Shown: positions 51,817-64,000 of the stretch, one piece after another
Position numbering within the stretch: position 1 is the first letter of the stretch
Layout of the letters: each line of letters starts with the position of its first letter
NCBI GenBank assembly: GCA_043228905.1
Contig: JBHGNT010000008.1
Span: 17,732,001 to 17,796,000 of the forward strand
Source of the DNA: Azolla caroliniana
Lineage: Eukaryota; Plantae; Polypodiophyta
DNA: 64,000 nt
Direction: 5' to 3'
Made by a program: the position numbers and the translations under genes
The notes under the pieces: generated by a model
Told to the model about the DNA's origin: nothing
Database searches by the model: none
What the model saw: only the letters and a program-made list of their open reading frames with translations

Positions 51817-52359
51817 AATAATAGTCGCTTTAATGATCATGAATATGTTTGTACAAAATGTGTAGTATGAATGAATGGGTTTATTATTTAAAAAAAACCA
51901 CTCTTTGTTAATAGTCTCTCCATTTTGATCCTGTTTTCTTTATAGTTGTATAAGCAAACCTAATTTGCTAAATGAAGCATGTACCATCAACATGCAATAA
52001 TTTTCAATAAAGGGACGAAGTATTTTTACCATAGCGAAGATAATCTAAATGTTTAGCATGCCTATCATTTCCTAGGTCAATGTCAAATCTACTTATTCGG
52101 CAACTCCATTTGAAGAAGTTTCTTCGAAGCTTTGTTACCCAGATGGTCGAAAACTTGTGCAACGCTTATGCTTGATTAACCCTAATTCCTCAAAGTGGAG
52201 TTTTAATAGATATCTAGACGATGTGATACGTCTTAATTGATCTTGTTCTTATGCCTTGGGGTCACTATGGAAAATGCACCTTTATCATGTGTTTTTAAGT
52301 AGCCATTTATTGTGGTGGTTCTTTATGCATTTAGACGCCAACATATGTTTATAGCCATC

Positions 52360-52392
<33 letters not shown>

Positions 52393-53279
52393 TTTATCAT
52401 CATTTTCAAATGTCCAAAATGACCAATGGAACCAAGAGAGAATCATAGTATGTTTGGAATTAATAGTGACTCTTGATCTTACTAGTAAATGTTGTAGTGA
52501 AGAGTGCATGTCATTGTCTTTGTGAGAAGAATGGGTGTAGGAAGTGGATCAGATTTTTTGATGTCATTTCTTGGTGTATGTTCGAACGATTTAGAACGAA
52601 ATCAAAATATTCATAGCAAAAAAATCTCCTTACGTATGCCTGCACAATCAAGGTCATTGTGATTGTCAAAAGAATGTATATAGAGAGTTGGATGGAATTG
52701 ATAATTTGTGGAACGTAAAGAATGAAGCATGATCACGGCAAATGTGATACTTCGACTCTTGAAAGAAGTTGTTTAGACAAAAACTCACACATAGAAGAAA
52801 ATATTGTTGAGATATCAAGCCCAACTGTCCACATGTAGTGCGTGCACTTGTGTACATGAAATATATTCACTCTTTCGTAACTCCCTTTCACAACTTCATG
52901 ACTTGTTTGTAGCATGTAGTTAACATAAAGCATGATCTACATCCTACCAAATGTATGGTAACACTACGACAAAATTTACAAACATTTAACAAAGTAATGA
53001 TATATTATAAAGCAAATTTCTCCCCTCACGTAGAGGGTTCCTGCATTGTATTCTCTTATATTTGATTTTCATACTTCTCTTTCATATATATATATATATA
53101 TATTTTAACATGCACATACACACATGTCTCCATTTCCTTGTATGAGAACAATCATCAAGTTCTTTCACCCTTACACTATAATTGATTAATAGCTCATCCA
53201 TTTCCTTTATATCGTTTTTGATGCCGTCATTCCAAAAGAACTAAGTCATGCACCATGCCATCAATCCTACCTTTACTTG

Positions 53280-54996
53280 TATAATGTCATAAACTTGTCC
53301 TCAGACATTGCATGCTCAAAATCAATCACATTCGAAAAAAAATGAACTTATTCTTGAAATGTCATTGTTCAACTAGGTAAACATTGTACCATCCAAAACA
53401 AATCATCCACCTATTCCTCGAATCAATTGCACAAACTAATTGATTTAATTGTACTCCACAACGGCCGAATATTCTAGTCATAACATTAGATCTAAGTATC
53501 TTGAAATGAACTAGACGTGAATCAAACTTGCAACCTTTTTATCTAGAGTCAGATGCACATGCATTGCACCCTAGATCCCTATTGTACATGTTTTGAGGTC
53601 ATAACTCATCCGTAGAAACCAAACCATTGCATACTCCAAAACCATCACATTGGAAAACAACATGGACCTATTCCTCCAATGCATTCTTCGATTGCATGTC
53701 CTTGTCTACTTGATTTTGTTCCAAGAAGGCTGAGAATTCATGTCACAACACAATACCTATGCATCTGGAAATAACTCCAACATGAATTGGACATGCAACG
53801 GTCATAACCTTGTCCTTGTATAGTAAAACATTGCATGCTCCAAATCCATCCCATTCGAAAAAACATGAACTTATTCATGTAATTCATTGTTCAATTACAT
53901 GCGTTTCATGACTTAATGGCATTCGAATGCAGCCCACAAATCGAGTCACAACAATGGATTTTCGTATCTTGTAATGAACAAGACATAAATCAAATATGCA
54001 ACCTATTTATCCAGAGGGAGACACACAAGCATTGCATCGTGGATCCCGCTTGTGTGCACAAATTCATGACATAATCTTGTCCGCTAGTACCAAAACATTG
54101 CATTCTCCAATGGCATCACATCGGAAAACACATGCAGTTATTCAGTTATTCCTCTTATGCAATGTTCGATATCATATCTTACTTGTGTTAATTGAGTTCG
54201 ATAGTCACAACATCAGATCTTTGTGTCTTTAAATGACTCCGATGTGAATTGAACATGCAACATTATAATTTGGACTCAAAAGCTTTGCCATTACGCTAGG
54301 TATCTCGCTTACACAAGTTTTTGTCACAGCATTGTGCCCGAGCACTAAGATATTTTATCCTGCAAAACAATAAGATTAGAACAATTCCAATCACAACACA
54401 ATATCTTGGTATGTAAAAATGAACCCGATGTGAATCGAACACGCAACCTTCTAATCTGGAGTCAGATGCGCTACCATTGCGCCACGGATCCCGCATGTGG
54501 GTTGATATCATAACATCGTCCTCAAGTATCATCCAAAACAAATCATTCACCTATTCCTCCAATCAATTGCACGAACTAATTGATTTAATTGTACTCCACA
54601 ACGACCGAATATTCTAGTCATAACACTATATCTATGTCTCTTGAAATGAACTAGACTTGAATCGAACTTGCAACCTTTTTATCTCGAGTCAGATGCACAT
54701 GCATTGCACCCTGGATCCCTATTGTAAATGTTTTGAGGTCATAACTCATCCGTAGAAACCAAATCATTGCATACTCCAAAACCATCACATTGGAAAATAA
54801 GATGGACCTATTCCTCCATTCCATTCTTCGATTGCATGTCTTTGTCTACTTGATTTTTTCCCAAGAAGGCCGAGAATTCATGTCACAACAGAATACCTAG
54901 GGATCTGGAAATAACCCCAACATGAATTGGACATGCAACGGTCATAACGTCGTCCGTGTATAGTAAAACATTGCATGCTCCAAATCCATCCCATTC
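53280..54996 (-). repeat. Tandem array of tRNA-Trp-containing units (~190-265 bp period) with a 1140-bp higher-order duplication
   Basis: tRNA-Trp-like copies at 53507-53578, 53772-53799 (partial), 53975-54046, 54234-54305, 54420-54491, 54647-54718 and 54912-54939 (partial). Spacers are homologous (CATTGCATxCTCCAA, TCACAACA). Confidence 0.88.
54420..54491 (-). tRNA. trnW-CCA: tRNA-Trp (CCA), near-intact and possibly a pseudogene
   Basis: GGATCCGTGGCGCAATGGTAGCGCATCTGACTCCAGATTAGAAGGTTGCGTGTTCGATTCACATCGGGTTCA followed by a TTTTT terminator. Three transitions relative to the plant consensus as I recall it; one creates a T-stem mismatch. Confidence 0.9.
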
Positions 54997-56905
54997 TTTC
55001 CAGCTCTTGTCCGAATTGGTTGCTCCCGATTCGTCTTCTGGTTCCAAGCCCATTACCACATCGGACCATGTCCGGGTCTTGGCCTTCTTCCTTCGGTCGG
55101 CTCTGTCCTTCTTGACTCTGTTGTCTTCTGTTCTTCCCTCACCGGCGCAATCAACAGTCTCTTTGCCTTTGCCCGTTCCGGTGTCTCTGTTCGTTCTCCC
55201 CCTCAAGTGTGGCACGTCTAGATGCTGAACACCAAGCATGTCGGTAAAGTGCTGCAACTTGTCCGATCCGAGCGGCTTGGTGAAGATATCGGCAACTTGC
55301 CGATCCGTGTGAACATACCGTAGGTCAACCTCACCGCTCAGGACCTGCTCACGCACAAAGTGATAGTGCACTTCTATGTGCTTCGTGCGAGCATGGAACA
55401 CAGGGTTCTTGGCGAGTTGCATGCTGCTTATGTTGTTGTAGTAGACCAGAATCGGGGTCGGTACCTCGATCCGTAGGTCTCGTAGCAGTCGCAGAAGCCA
55501 AATGGCTTCACAGGTGGCAATGGTAGCGCCCCGATACTCAAGCCTCAATGTTGGACAGAGCAACTGTTGGCTGCTTTTTGCTGGTCCACGCAACAGTCGT
55601 GCTACCTAGGGAAAACATGTAACCGGAGGTTGATTGGCGATCTGATGCATCACCGGCCCAGTTGGCATCCGTGTAACCGAGGAGCTCTTCGGGTATACCG
55701 CACCGATAGAACAGTCCCCGGTCCTTCGTGCCGCTGACATACCGCAATATCCTTTGCGCGCACTGAAGGTGCTCCACGGTCGGCTTCTGCATGAACTGAC
55801 TTATCATTCCGACCGGATAGCTGATGTCGGGTCGTGTGATAGTCAAGTAAATAAGGCTTCCGAAAATCTGTCGGAACCGTTGCTCATTGCAGGCCGGTCC
55901 GGAGTTGGGACGAAGCTTCTGGTTCCGGTCCAAGGGTGTGGAGACAGGTCGGCATTCTGTCATGCCGAACTTGTACAACATATTCAAGACGTAATGTCGG
56001 TATGAGAGCAATATGCCGTCTGGGGTTCGGATCACCTCGATCCCTAGAAAATAATGAAGGTCCCCCACATCCTTCATCTCAAATGTGTGCGACAACTGGG
56101 AATTGACGCGGTTGATTTCTGGAACTCCTGGTCTGGTGATGACTAGATCATCAACATACAACAGTATACATACCGGACCGGCTGAGCCTTGCCGGATGAA
56201 CAATGAAGAGTTCGATTTGGAGGCCACAAACCCCATCTTACGCAACCGGTGCGTGATCTTCGCATTCCAAGCTCGAGGGGCTTGCTTCAGGCCGTACAAT
56301 GACTTCTTCAGCTGGCATACCGCCGACTTGTTCATCTCCAATTGAAAGCCGGGGGGCTGAGTCATAAAGACTTCTTCTTCAAGATCACCCTGAAGAAACG
56401 CATTCTTCACATCCATCTGGTGAAGATGCCACCCCTTTGCTGCAGCAACCGCCAGCACCACACGAACCGTCGTCATCTTCGCTACCGGAGCGAAGGTCTC
56501 GTCGTAGTCGATTCCGTGGGTCTGCGCGTATCCCTTCGCCACTAACCGGGCTTTATACCGGTTAACAGAACCGTCGGTGTTGTACTTTACCTTGTATATC
56601 CACTTGCATCCGATCGGTTTACAGTGACGAGGAGGGTCAACCAGGTCCCATGTCTTGTTGACATCAAGTGCCCGCATTTCTTCTTCCATAGTTGGCTCAA
56701 TGAGGTAGATTCATGTGTGCCGCGTATAGTCGTCGATGAAGGAGACGAAATATCGACTCCCGCCAAGACTAACATTCTGTCCCGGTCCCCACACATCCGA
56801 ATGGATAAGGTCGAGGTTGTTACGACTCCGGTTATGTTCGGCGGGGAATGGAAGCCGGTGTTGCTTCCTGAGTTGGCAGGCTTCACATACTTGGGCCTTC
56901 CGGTC

Positions 56906-59900
56906 CATGGTTGCAACATAGTAGCATACCGTACGCGTACAATACGTATGGTACGTATTTTATAAGTATTCTAAATTATTTTTATAAGTTCTTAGAATAC
57001 GTATTTAAAGGTAAAATACATTGAGTTCGTTGAGTACGTTGAGTACGTTAAATACGTTTTGAATACGTTGAATACTTTAACACCATTGATGTTGAATGCA
57101 AAGATACTGGGATTTGAATAGTATTTATTATATAGTAAATACAAATTATCTTTATTTCCCATTGATAATACATGGTTATCTATGTTTCAATACATGTGGT
57201 ATACATATTTTAAAATGAAAGTGGAGATTCAAGAGTCAAGAACATAATTGAAGTTTGAATCAAAACACATATTATTTCAATCCTCATAGAAAATGAATAA
57301 AGTAATAAAAAAACTATTAAAATTTAAAACTTTCTTCATACTCATAGTTATTGGTTCTTAAATTCAAATAAATATGTAAAAACCAAGAATCCATGCAATT
57401 TTCGATTATGTTTCTTCTTCAACATCATCATTAGAAGATTCCGTTGTTGTATCATCATAGTTGTCCACATAATCACTATCTGAAGATGAATAAACTATGG
57501 CATTGTCAATGTCTTCATCCTCTTGATCTCCATCATCATTTCCATATTCAGCATTGCAAGCCTCAATTGTAGTTTGTCGAGTATTTACCCTTCTTGTACT
57601 TGCAACTCTCGCGCAAACTCTTCTAATAGTGCTAGAACTTGATCCCACCAATCCTTCATCCACTATCATATTGGCAAACTTAGATCTACTTCGAGTAACC
57701 CGACCAATATGCATAGCCTCTGCTTCCTCAAAATATGCTTGTGCGACTTGAGTATCAATATTGGCTATTGCTGGAGGCATTTCAACAGTCTTGTCAATGT
57801 CTATCTCATCAGGATTTACCTAAATCAAATAATATTTACCAATTAACAATGTTCGTTAATTAACCTACAAATGATTTTCTAAACATCAACTTTCAAGTGT
57901 CAAACATGAGTAAGAAAGATGTAGACCTGCATTGGAAGACCTGCATGAGTTTGAAAGCTTCGAACAAGCCTTAAGTTTTCACTAACATATACTAATCTCT
58001 CCACTTGTTTCACCTTCAAACGGTTCCTCCTTTTTGTATGTGCCAATGCATGTGCATTCCAATTTCTTTCAGCAGCTCCAGAAGAGCAATCCTATGACAC
58101 AAAGAATTAAGCAAACAATACATGTCATTGTAGAAGATTAATAAAATTGAAACATTAATAACAAAATGAGTTATAATACCTGAGACAATACTCTACAAGC
58201 TAATGACTGTAGCAAGGGCACATTGTCTCCATATCTTTCCCACCATGAAACAGGTTTACATTTTGCAGTGTGTGACTTTGATAACTCATTGCTAAATCGG
58301 CCCACACCATTTCTATACATGTCAAATTGATCTTGCAAGATTTCACATTCATCTATAGAATATACTTTTTGAATATATGCAAGCCATCCATTCATCATCT
58401 CTGCATTCATAATAATTGGTTGATCTTTGGGCTTCCATAAAGGATGCAAAATATGTGCAACAATATGAATTGGCTTTTTGAACCACGATCAATGACAATC
58501 AAAACAATCCAAAACCTCTTTATATTTGCATTAACATTTGACAAACTTAAATCAAAACTGGAAATCAGTTACTGAAATATGCATAATATAGACAACAACA
58601 ATGATTCAAAGAAATGAAAAAGATGCAATAAACAACAATTGTACATACTACATAGTACATAGAAATAATAATATTAGAATAGAAACATATTACCTGTCCT
58701 TGTGTAATGTGTCGTCTCTTGCTCCTCGTTCCAATGTGTCTCTAGCCCTTCTCATGAACTCATAAAGTAAGCCCATTGTAGATCCTTCACGATCAGTTAG
58801 CCGCAAAACAGAAAACAATGGACGCATAATCGAAATTACAACCATAATTGAAGGCAAAGTAGAGCTATCTTGCACAATGGACTTCACCTTGACAACATCT
58901 GGCTTTTTGGAGTCACTCCAATCTTCCCAATAGTTACTAACCACAATTTGTTCTAGGGCTCTCCAAACTCTTGCCAACCTCTCAAGGACAATAAGGATAT
59001 AGCCAAATCGAGTGGCACTTGGCCTAAGGAGCACAAGAGATGAATAGTTGCTGAAATTTTTTCGTGCATTCCTTTTCTTGGTGAATAGTCTAACCACATA
59101 ATTTGCTCTCTTGTGCACTCCACGAACCCAAGACAACTTCCCAATATCCTCTAGCAATAAATCTAAACAATGTGATGCACAAGGAGTCCATACAAGGCCT
59201 GGGAATTTAGTCTCTAGAATGTGACCCATACTAACACAATTAGATGCATTGTCAGTGACAATTTGCACCATATTTTCTACTTTTACTTCATTTATTGCAG
59301 TTGATAGCATTTCAACCAACCATGGACCGTTGACCCTTGTAGAAACACCACTACAATCAATAGTTTTAAGGTACATAGTGCCATAACAACATGAGACCAA
59401 AATATTCCTAAGTGCTCGCTTGCTAGTGTCAATCCATCCATCTGAAAGTATGGTAACTCCATATTTTGGCCAAAGGGCTTTCAGATTTTCCACTTTATGT
59501 TGCACATTCAAATGCTCTTTCTTTAAATATTTAGCTGTTAAATCATTGTAGGTAATACCACTATACTTTTCCCCAATATCAGAGAAAGCTAACAACATGT
59601 TCCTCCAACATGACATTTTCAAAAGATTAAAAGATAGATTACCTTCCACAATGCATCTAACCAACATTGTGTTTGCATGGTCTTTCTTGATCAACATAGC
59701 AACATTTGATCCTCTCCTTATCGTGCTTTGAGTGAGACCTTTTCTTCTTGAACCTTCTGTATCTTCAATATCAATAGGAATTTGGTCTATTGAATCCTTC
59801 TTAGATGAGGCACTTATGCTAGCCATTGAAGGTTGTGATTGGAACATTGAATCAACCATTGAATCCACAATGCCTTCTTGAAGCTCAATTTGTTGTTCCA

Positions 59901-62027
59901 TGGCTTCCACTTCTTTAATGCGTTTTAGCTTCTTGCGAGTCAATTCACTTTCTTGTGCCAATGCCATAGCCTCTTGATATGCCTCTAGAGTTACTTGCAC
60001 ACACTTGTCTATACCTTCACCTTTAATTCCAGCAAGGTGAGCAACTAAACGTGTTAGTGTCCTAGACCCATGAAAACCACATAATCTACAATCCCAATAA
60101 TAGTTCCCAGATGACTTCCCAGCTTGTCTGTTCACACAATATTTATCCCATAAGGGGGATTCCTTGCGTGGCATAGTTGATTGAGTATGACAAGTTCTAG
60201 AGATTCGAAGTTGTTTTTTATATTTTCCTAGATTCATGAATTCACAATGTTAAATATGTGAATAAGGAAATCATGTAATGTAACAATGTAGGAAGAGATT
60301 GTTTGAATGATAAGCATAACCAAATGACAAATCTGAATGGAAGCTAGCTACCTAAGCAAATGGCACTCCATCCCTATTAAGAGGAAAAATTATTATTCAT
60401 TAGAAATGAATTATAAAGAGCATCATATGGAACTTTTACCTGTGATATAGGCGTGCTCTTGAATGAAGAGACTATTCTTTGATAAGCCACCACAAGCTAT
60501 CAATGTCTCTATCTGCCACCAACATTGTTATATTAAAGAAGGGATAGACACACATATAACCAAACCATACATGTAACATATTGAACTATACAATAGTCTA
60601 TTTATGCATATAAATTAATGGAATTTGTGTTTTGATGAATTCAATAGGAAAAACTCCAAACAATCTTGGATGGCGTCGTGGCGGTGATTTTCATTTAACA
60701 TCTCTACCGAATCATCGATAATTAGCTTTTATCAAATTAATAATCATTGAAGAATGCTTGAGAAGACAGTAAGAGTGTGGTATATACAACACATTACATC
60801 GATTGACCATAAAGCTTATCATCCCCCATAAAGATTATTCTTCGATAAAACAAAGAAGACTAAACTAGGGAGAACTAAGAAACTACTTATACCTCCAAGT
60901 TTTGCAATATTTCAACAGAAAACGAGTGTAGGGAGAAATAAAGAAGCAATTTTCTGCAATAACTCCTTTCCATAGATTGAGGAGAAGGAAGAAGTAATCT
61001 ATCCAATGATTAAAGAATTTTATTTAGGCTTTCGAACCGAATAATTGTGACTAAATGAGGGATAAAGAAGAGATTATTTCTTCCTAATTTAGTCCAATTT
61101 ACTACTTAATCATACAAGATCAATGGAAAGAAAGGAAATTCCTCCTTACTTACATCTAAGTTTAGATTCAAGCAATTTCTCCTCAATTATGAATGCAAAT
61201 CAGTTAATCAACAGAACTTGAAGCATTTTGACAGGAAAAAAGTCACTAAATTAGGGAGAGGAATCCTAATTAAGCCCATCCAATATGCATGCCTTCCAAA
61301 GAATTAACATTTTCAAGAACATCAAAAACTAAAACGGGTGAATAAAGAGATAATTTCCTACAATATATATCCAAATTGCAGGTAATGAATTGAAGATTAA
61401 TGGAGTCACATCAGATAATTAGTAGACGGATGACTCTTCAAAATTTTCATTACATGTAGGGAGAAAGAAAAGAGCAATTTTTCTCCTAAATAAGTTCACT
61501 TTTAGATCAAAATTGATAGATAGAGGTCTTTCAACACACTAAATAGAAGTTCCAATAAGAAGAATCAAGCAGAAATATATCCCTCAATCGACCGGAATTG
61601 ATCTCTCTTGAGTTAACCGCAAACTAGGAGGTTGTTAAATTTCAAGAATTTTTTAAGAAGAAAGAAGGAAATCAACGAAGGAGAATATACCTTGTAGTAT
61701 GTACGTTGAGCTCTTAAAAGGGAAGAAAGGGAGGAGGAAGAAGAAGGGATTCATAGCTTCATAGTTTGGATTTCGTTTAAGAAGCTTCCATGTACCTGTG
61801 TAAAAACCTAGTGTCTACAAAATGCAAACACTGTAACACTCGTTACAAAAACCCCCAAATTGTTTTTTTTCATTATTTAAAAAAGCCCTAGAAAATTAAT
61901 TTTTAAATTATTTACAAATTTAGGCTTACAAAAAATGGCAGTTCCAAAAGGTAGAATACATTTAGAATACGTGTGGGTATTCTAAAATGTACTCTATTTA
62001 TAAAATACGCGTTTTTTAACAACAATG
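56906..62027 (-). mobile_element. hAT DNA transposon (autonomous-type, decayed)
   Basis: Imperfect TIRs CATGGTTG / CAACAATG, 8-bp TSD TTCCGGTC/TTCCGGCC and TACGT-rich subterminal repeats. The Copia reading FSGR|KAQVCEAC resumes across it. Confidence 0.92.
57406..60237 (-). pseudogene. hAT transposase (BED finger, DUF659-type core, dimerisation domain), spliced
   Basis: WDCRLC..HLAG BED finger, ILSDGW, VTDNASN, PCASHCLDL, SATRF, WWERYG and SSGAAERNW. Exons approximately 60174-58694, 58526-58180, 58091-57927 and 57820-57406. Premature TGA at 58489-58491. Confidence 0.9.
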
Positions 62028-64000
62028 TTCCGGCCGCTAAACTTCCGCAAACCGAAAACAACTTGTTTCGTTTCTAGGTCTTGAAGCATCCGATAATTGA
62101 CGTGGCCTATCCGCTTGTGCCACAGGTCGATGTCCGATTCGACCTTCTGTCCTTTTGCAGACAGAGCGGTTCCGACGTCATTGGTGTCGAGGATAAACAT
62201 CCTCCCGTCTCTACGCCCTTGCACAATAATCTGGCCCTCTTCCTTGATGAAGCACCCGAGGTGCGTAAACCGCACCTGCATCCCTTGGTCGACAATCTAT
62301 CCGACCGACACCAAGTTCTTCGTGATTGTCGGAACGTGTAATACGTTCATCACCTTCCCCTTATGTCCGACGTGGCTCAAAGGGACTTCTCTGACGTGCA
62401 CGATTGGGTGAGGAGTGTCGTCTCCGGTTTCGACTACTCTTGGTTGATCCGGTTTCTCCAAAAAGGAGAACCACTCTTTGTGGTTCGTCATGTGGTTCGA
62501 CGCACCGGAATCAACATACCACACTTCCTCCGATTTAGAAGTGGTCTTCTTCATCGACTTCGCCTCGTGCTTCATCACCAAGGCTGGCCCGTTACCGTTC
62601 TTGGATCCTCCTGATCCCTTCGCGTAGTGCGAGCTTTGTCAGCCATCCTTGCCGGCCTTGCCAGATCTGGATTTGTCCGAATCGGCGCGTTTTCTCCAGC
62701 ACTCGCTTTTTCTGTGGGCCTTTTTGCCATAGTACTAGCATTCTGTTGCAGATTTGCCTTGCCAGCCTCCGGCACCGCCTTGACTCCCCCTGCATGTGGA
62801 AGTCCCAGAACTGCTGTCGGCTTGTGCCTTCATTCTTGCTCTTGCCGGTCGCCTCCATTGCGTGCCGACCCGCCTCGTCCACCACGCCCACGGGACCGAT
62901 CCGCTTCCGTGTACAACATCCGGCTGTCAATGGGTGCACTAGTTGACGCACCGGCGTGGTTCTCCTCTACAAGGAGCATCGACTGTAAGTCGAAAAATGA
63001 CGGCGTATTCTCCCTTGTACCGCCGTTTGGAACTCTCTGAAATTAGACGATAGGCCCCCAAGACAAACCTGTATCATCTCATCTTCCTCTACGGTAACGT
63101 TGATAGAGGCAAGCGAGTCACAGATCTCTTTGATCTAGGTTGTGTAATCCGCCACCGACATATCCTTTTGTCGGACATTGCTCAACTCCTGTCGGAGTTG
63201 CAGCTTCCGGGCTGTAGTGCTCGCGGCGAAAACCTTCTTCAGGTTCCCCCAAGCCTCCTTCGACGTCTTGGCATCCCGGATGTGGCTCAGCAGTTGGTCT
63301 CCGACACTAGACGCGAAGCAGTACATCACTTTGCTTGCCGATTGTTCCCACACTGGGAAGTCCTTATGTGCCGCATCAGGTGCTGTTTCGTTGGCTCCTT
63401 CGATGAAACTCCAGTAGCCATGCCCAAGCAGATACTGGTGCATCTTATACAACCAAGATGCATAGTTGGATCTGTCGAGTTTTTCCAGAAGGAGCGAGCT
63501 AACCATTCCTCTATCCATCACTTCTTTGTCTGCTGTTCTTACGACTTGTTAGGGTTTTCTTTCAAGCGTTTGTCGGCTGTAGAGGTTCTCAACCCTCGCG
63601 CTCTGACACCATGTAAACGATTACTTGCGGAAGCGTTAGAAAAACAGAGAAATTAGGGAATACACAGAGTACCCGGGAGAGACAGAGAGAGCAGAACCTC
63701 AAAGCTATATTCAAAAATATATAAAACACTCTGTGCTTACAACTATGCTCAGTAGCATTATTTATACAAGTCCTCGTGGGACTGACAGAAGTACCGCGTA
63801 CTTCAATGATCGCACGAGCATCTGACACTTACTATGAGACTATAATTGCCTAGTAGTCTACACTGGTACTAGGCTTCCGGTTACTGATTGGATTCGGCAA
63901 ACCGGCTCCCCAGCTCACCGGCTTTGTTGCTTCCTGGCTCCGTTGCTCACAGCTTACCGATCCGTCTCGCTTGTCGGCTCAGGCTTATTCAGCCGACCCG

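Larger units (their letters stand above)
54997..64000 (-). mobile_element. Ty1/Copia element H (F-like): 5' LTR from 63612 running off the window, 3' end deleted, interrupted by hAT
   Basis: PBS GCTCTGACACCA at 63600-63611. LTR is homologous to that of F. Gag 63135..63521, protease 62297..62581, RT 55538..56689, RNase H 54883..55593. Integrase core is deleted near 56690. Confidence 0.9.

Noticed and set aside
63600-63611. PBS TGGTGTCAGA as a tRNA-Leu primer switch
   Set aside because: It matches iMet TGGTATCAGAGC at 11/12, and relative F carries a different single variant. Point mutation is the simpler explanation.

Overview
Repeat-dense eukaryotic nuclear DNA from a land plant. The retroelement families suggest a fern or other non-seed plant, which is an inference. 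About 10.7-46.5 kb is a stack of nested LTR retrotransposons. Copia D is interrupted by Copia A. A contains Copia F (itself containing Copia G), a solo LTR, and, inside its 5' LTR, a non-chromoviral Gypsy B. B in turn contains a young, intact chromovirus C. A six-exon LBP/BPI lipid-binding gene follows (46694-51816, +), then a tandem array of tRNA-Trp-derived units with one near-intact tRNA-Trp(CCA), then Copia H interrupted by a spliced hAT transposon. The first 10 kb holds LINE and Gypsy relics, hAT-type MITEs, local duplications and a 100-N gap. Five observations stand out. (1) Gypsy B has a perfect 18-nt tRNA-Trp PBS, a Gag-protease fusion, and a GGAUUUU-UAG -1 frameshift site leading into Pol, an alpharetrovirus-like layout. 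(2) A tRNA-Trp array lies about 12 kb from B's PBS. (3) Four Copia copies carry a duplicated PPT and a charged tail after RNase H, in frame for about 180 aa in F and G. (4) Chromovirus C has a probable 1.5-kb leader intron and TG..TA termini. (5) The solo LTR carries tRNA-like Pol III motifs. All calls are by eye; no searches were run.
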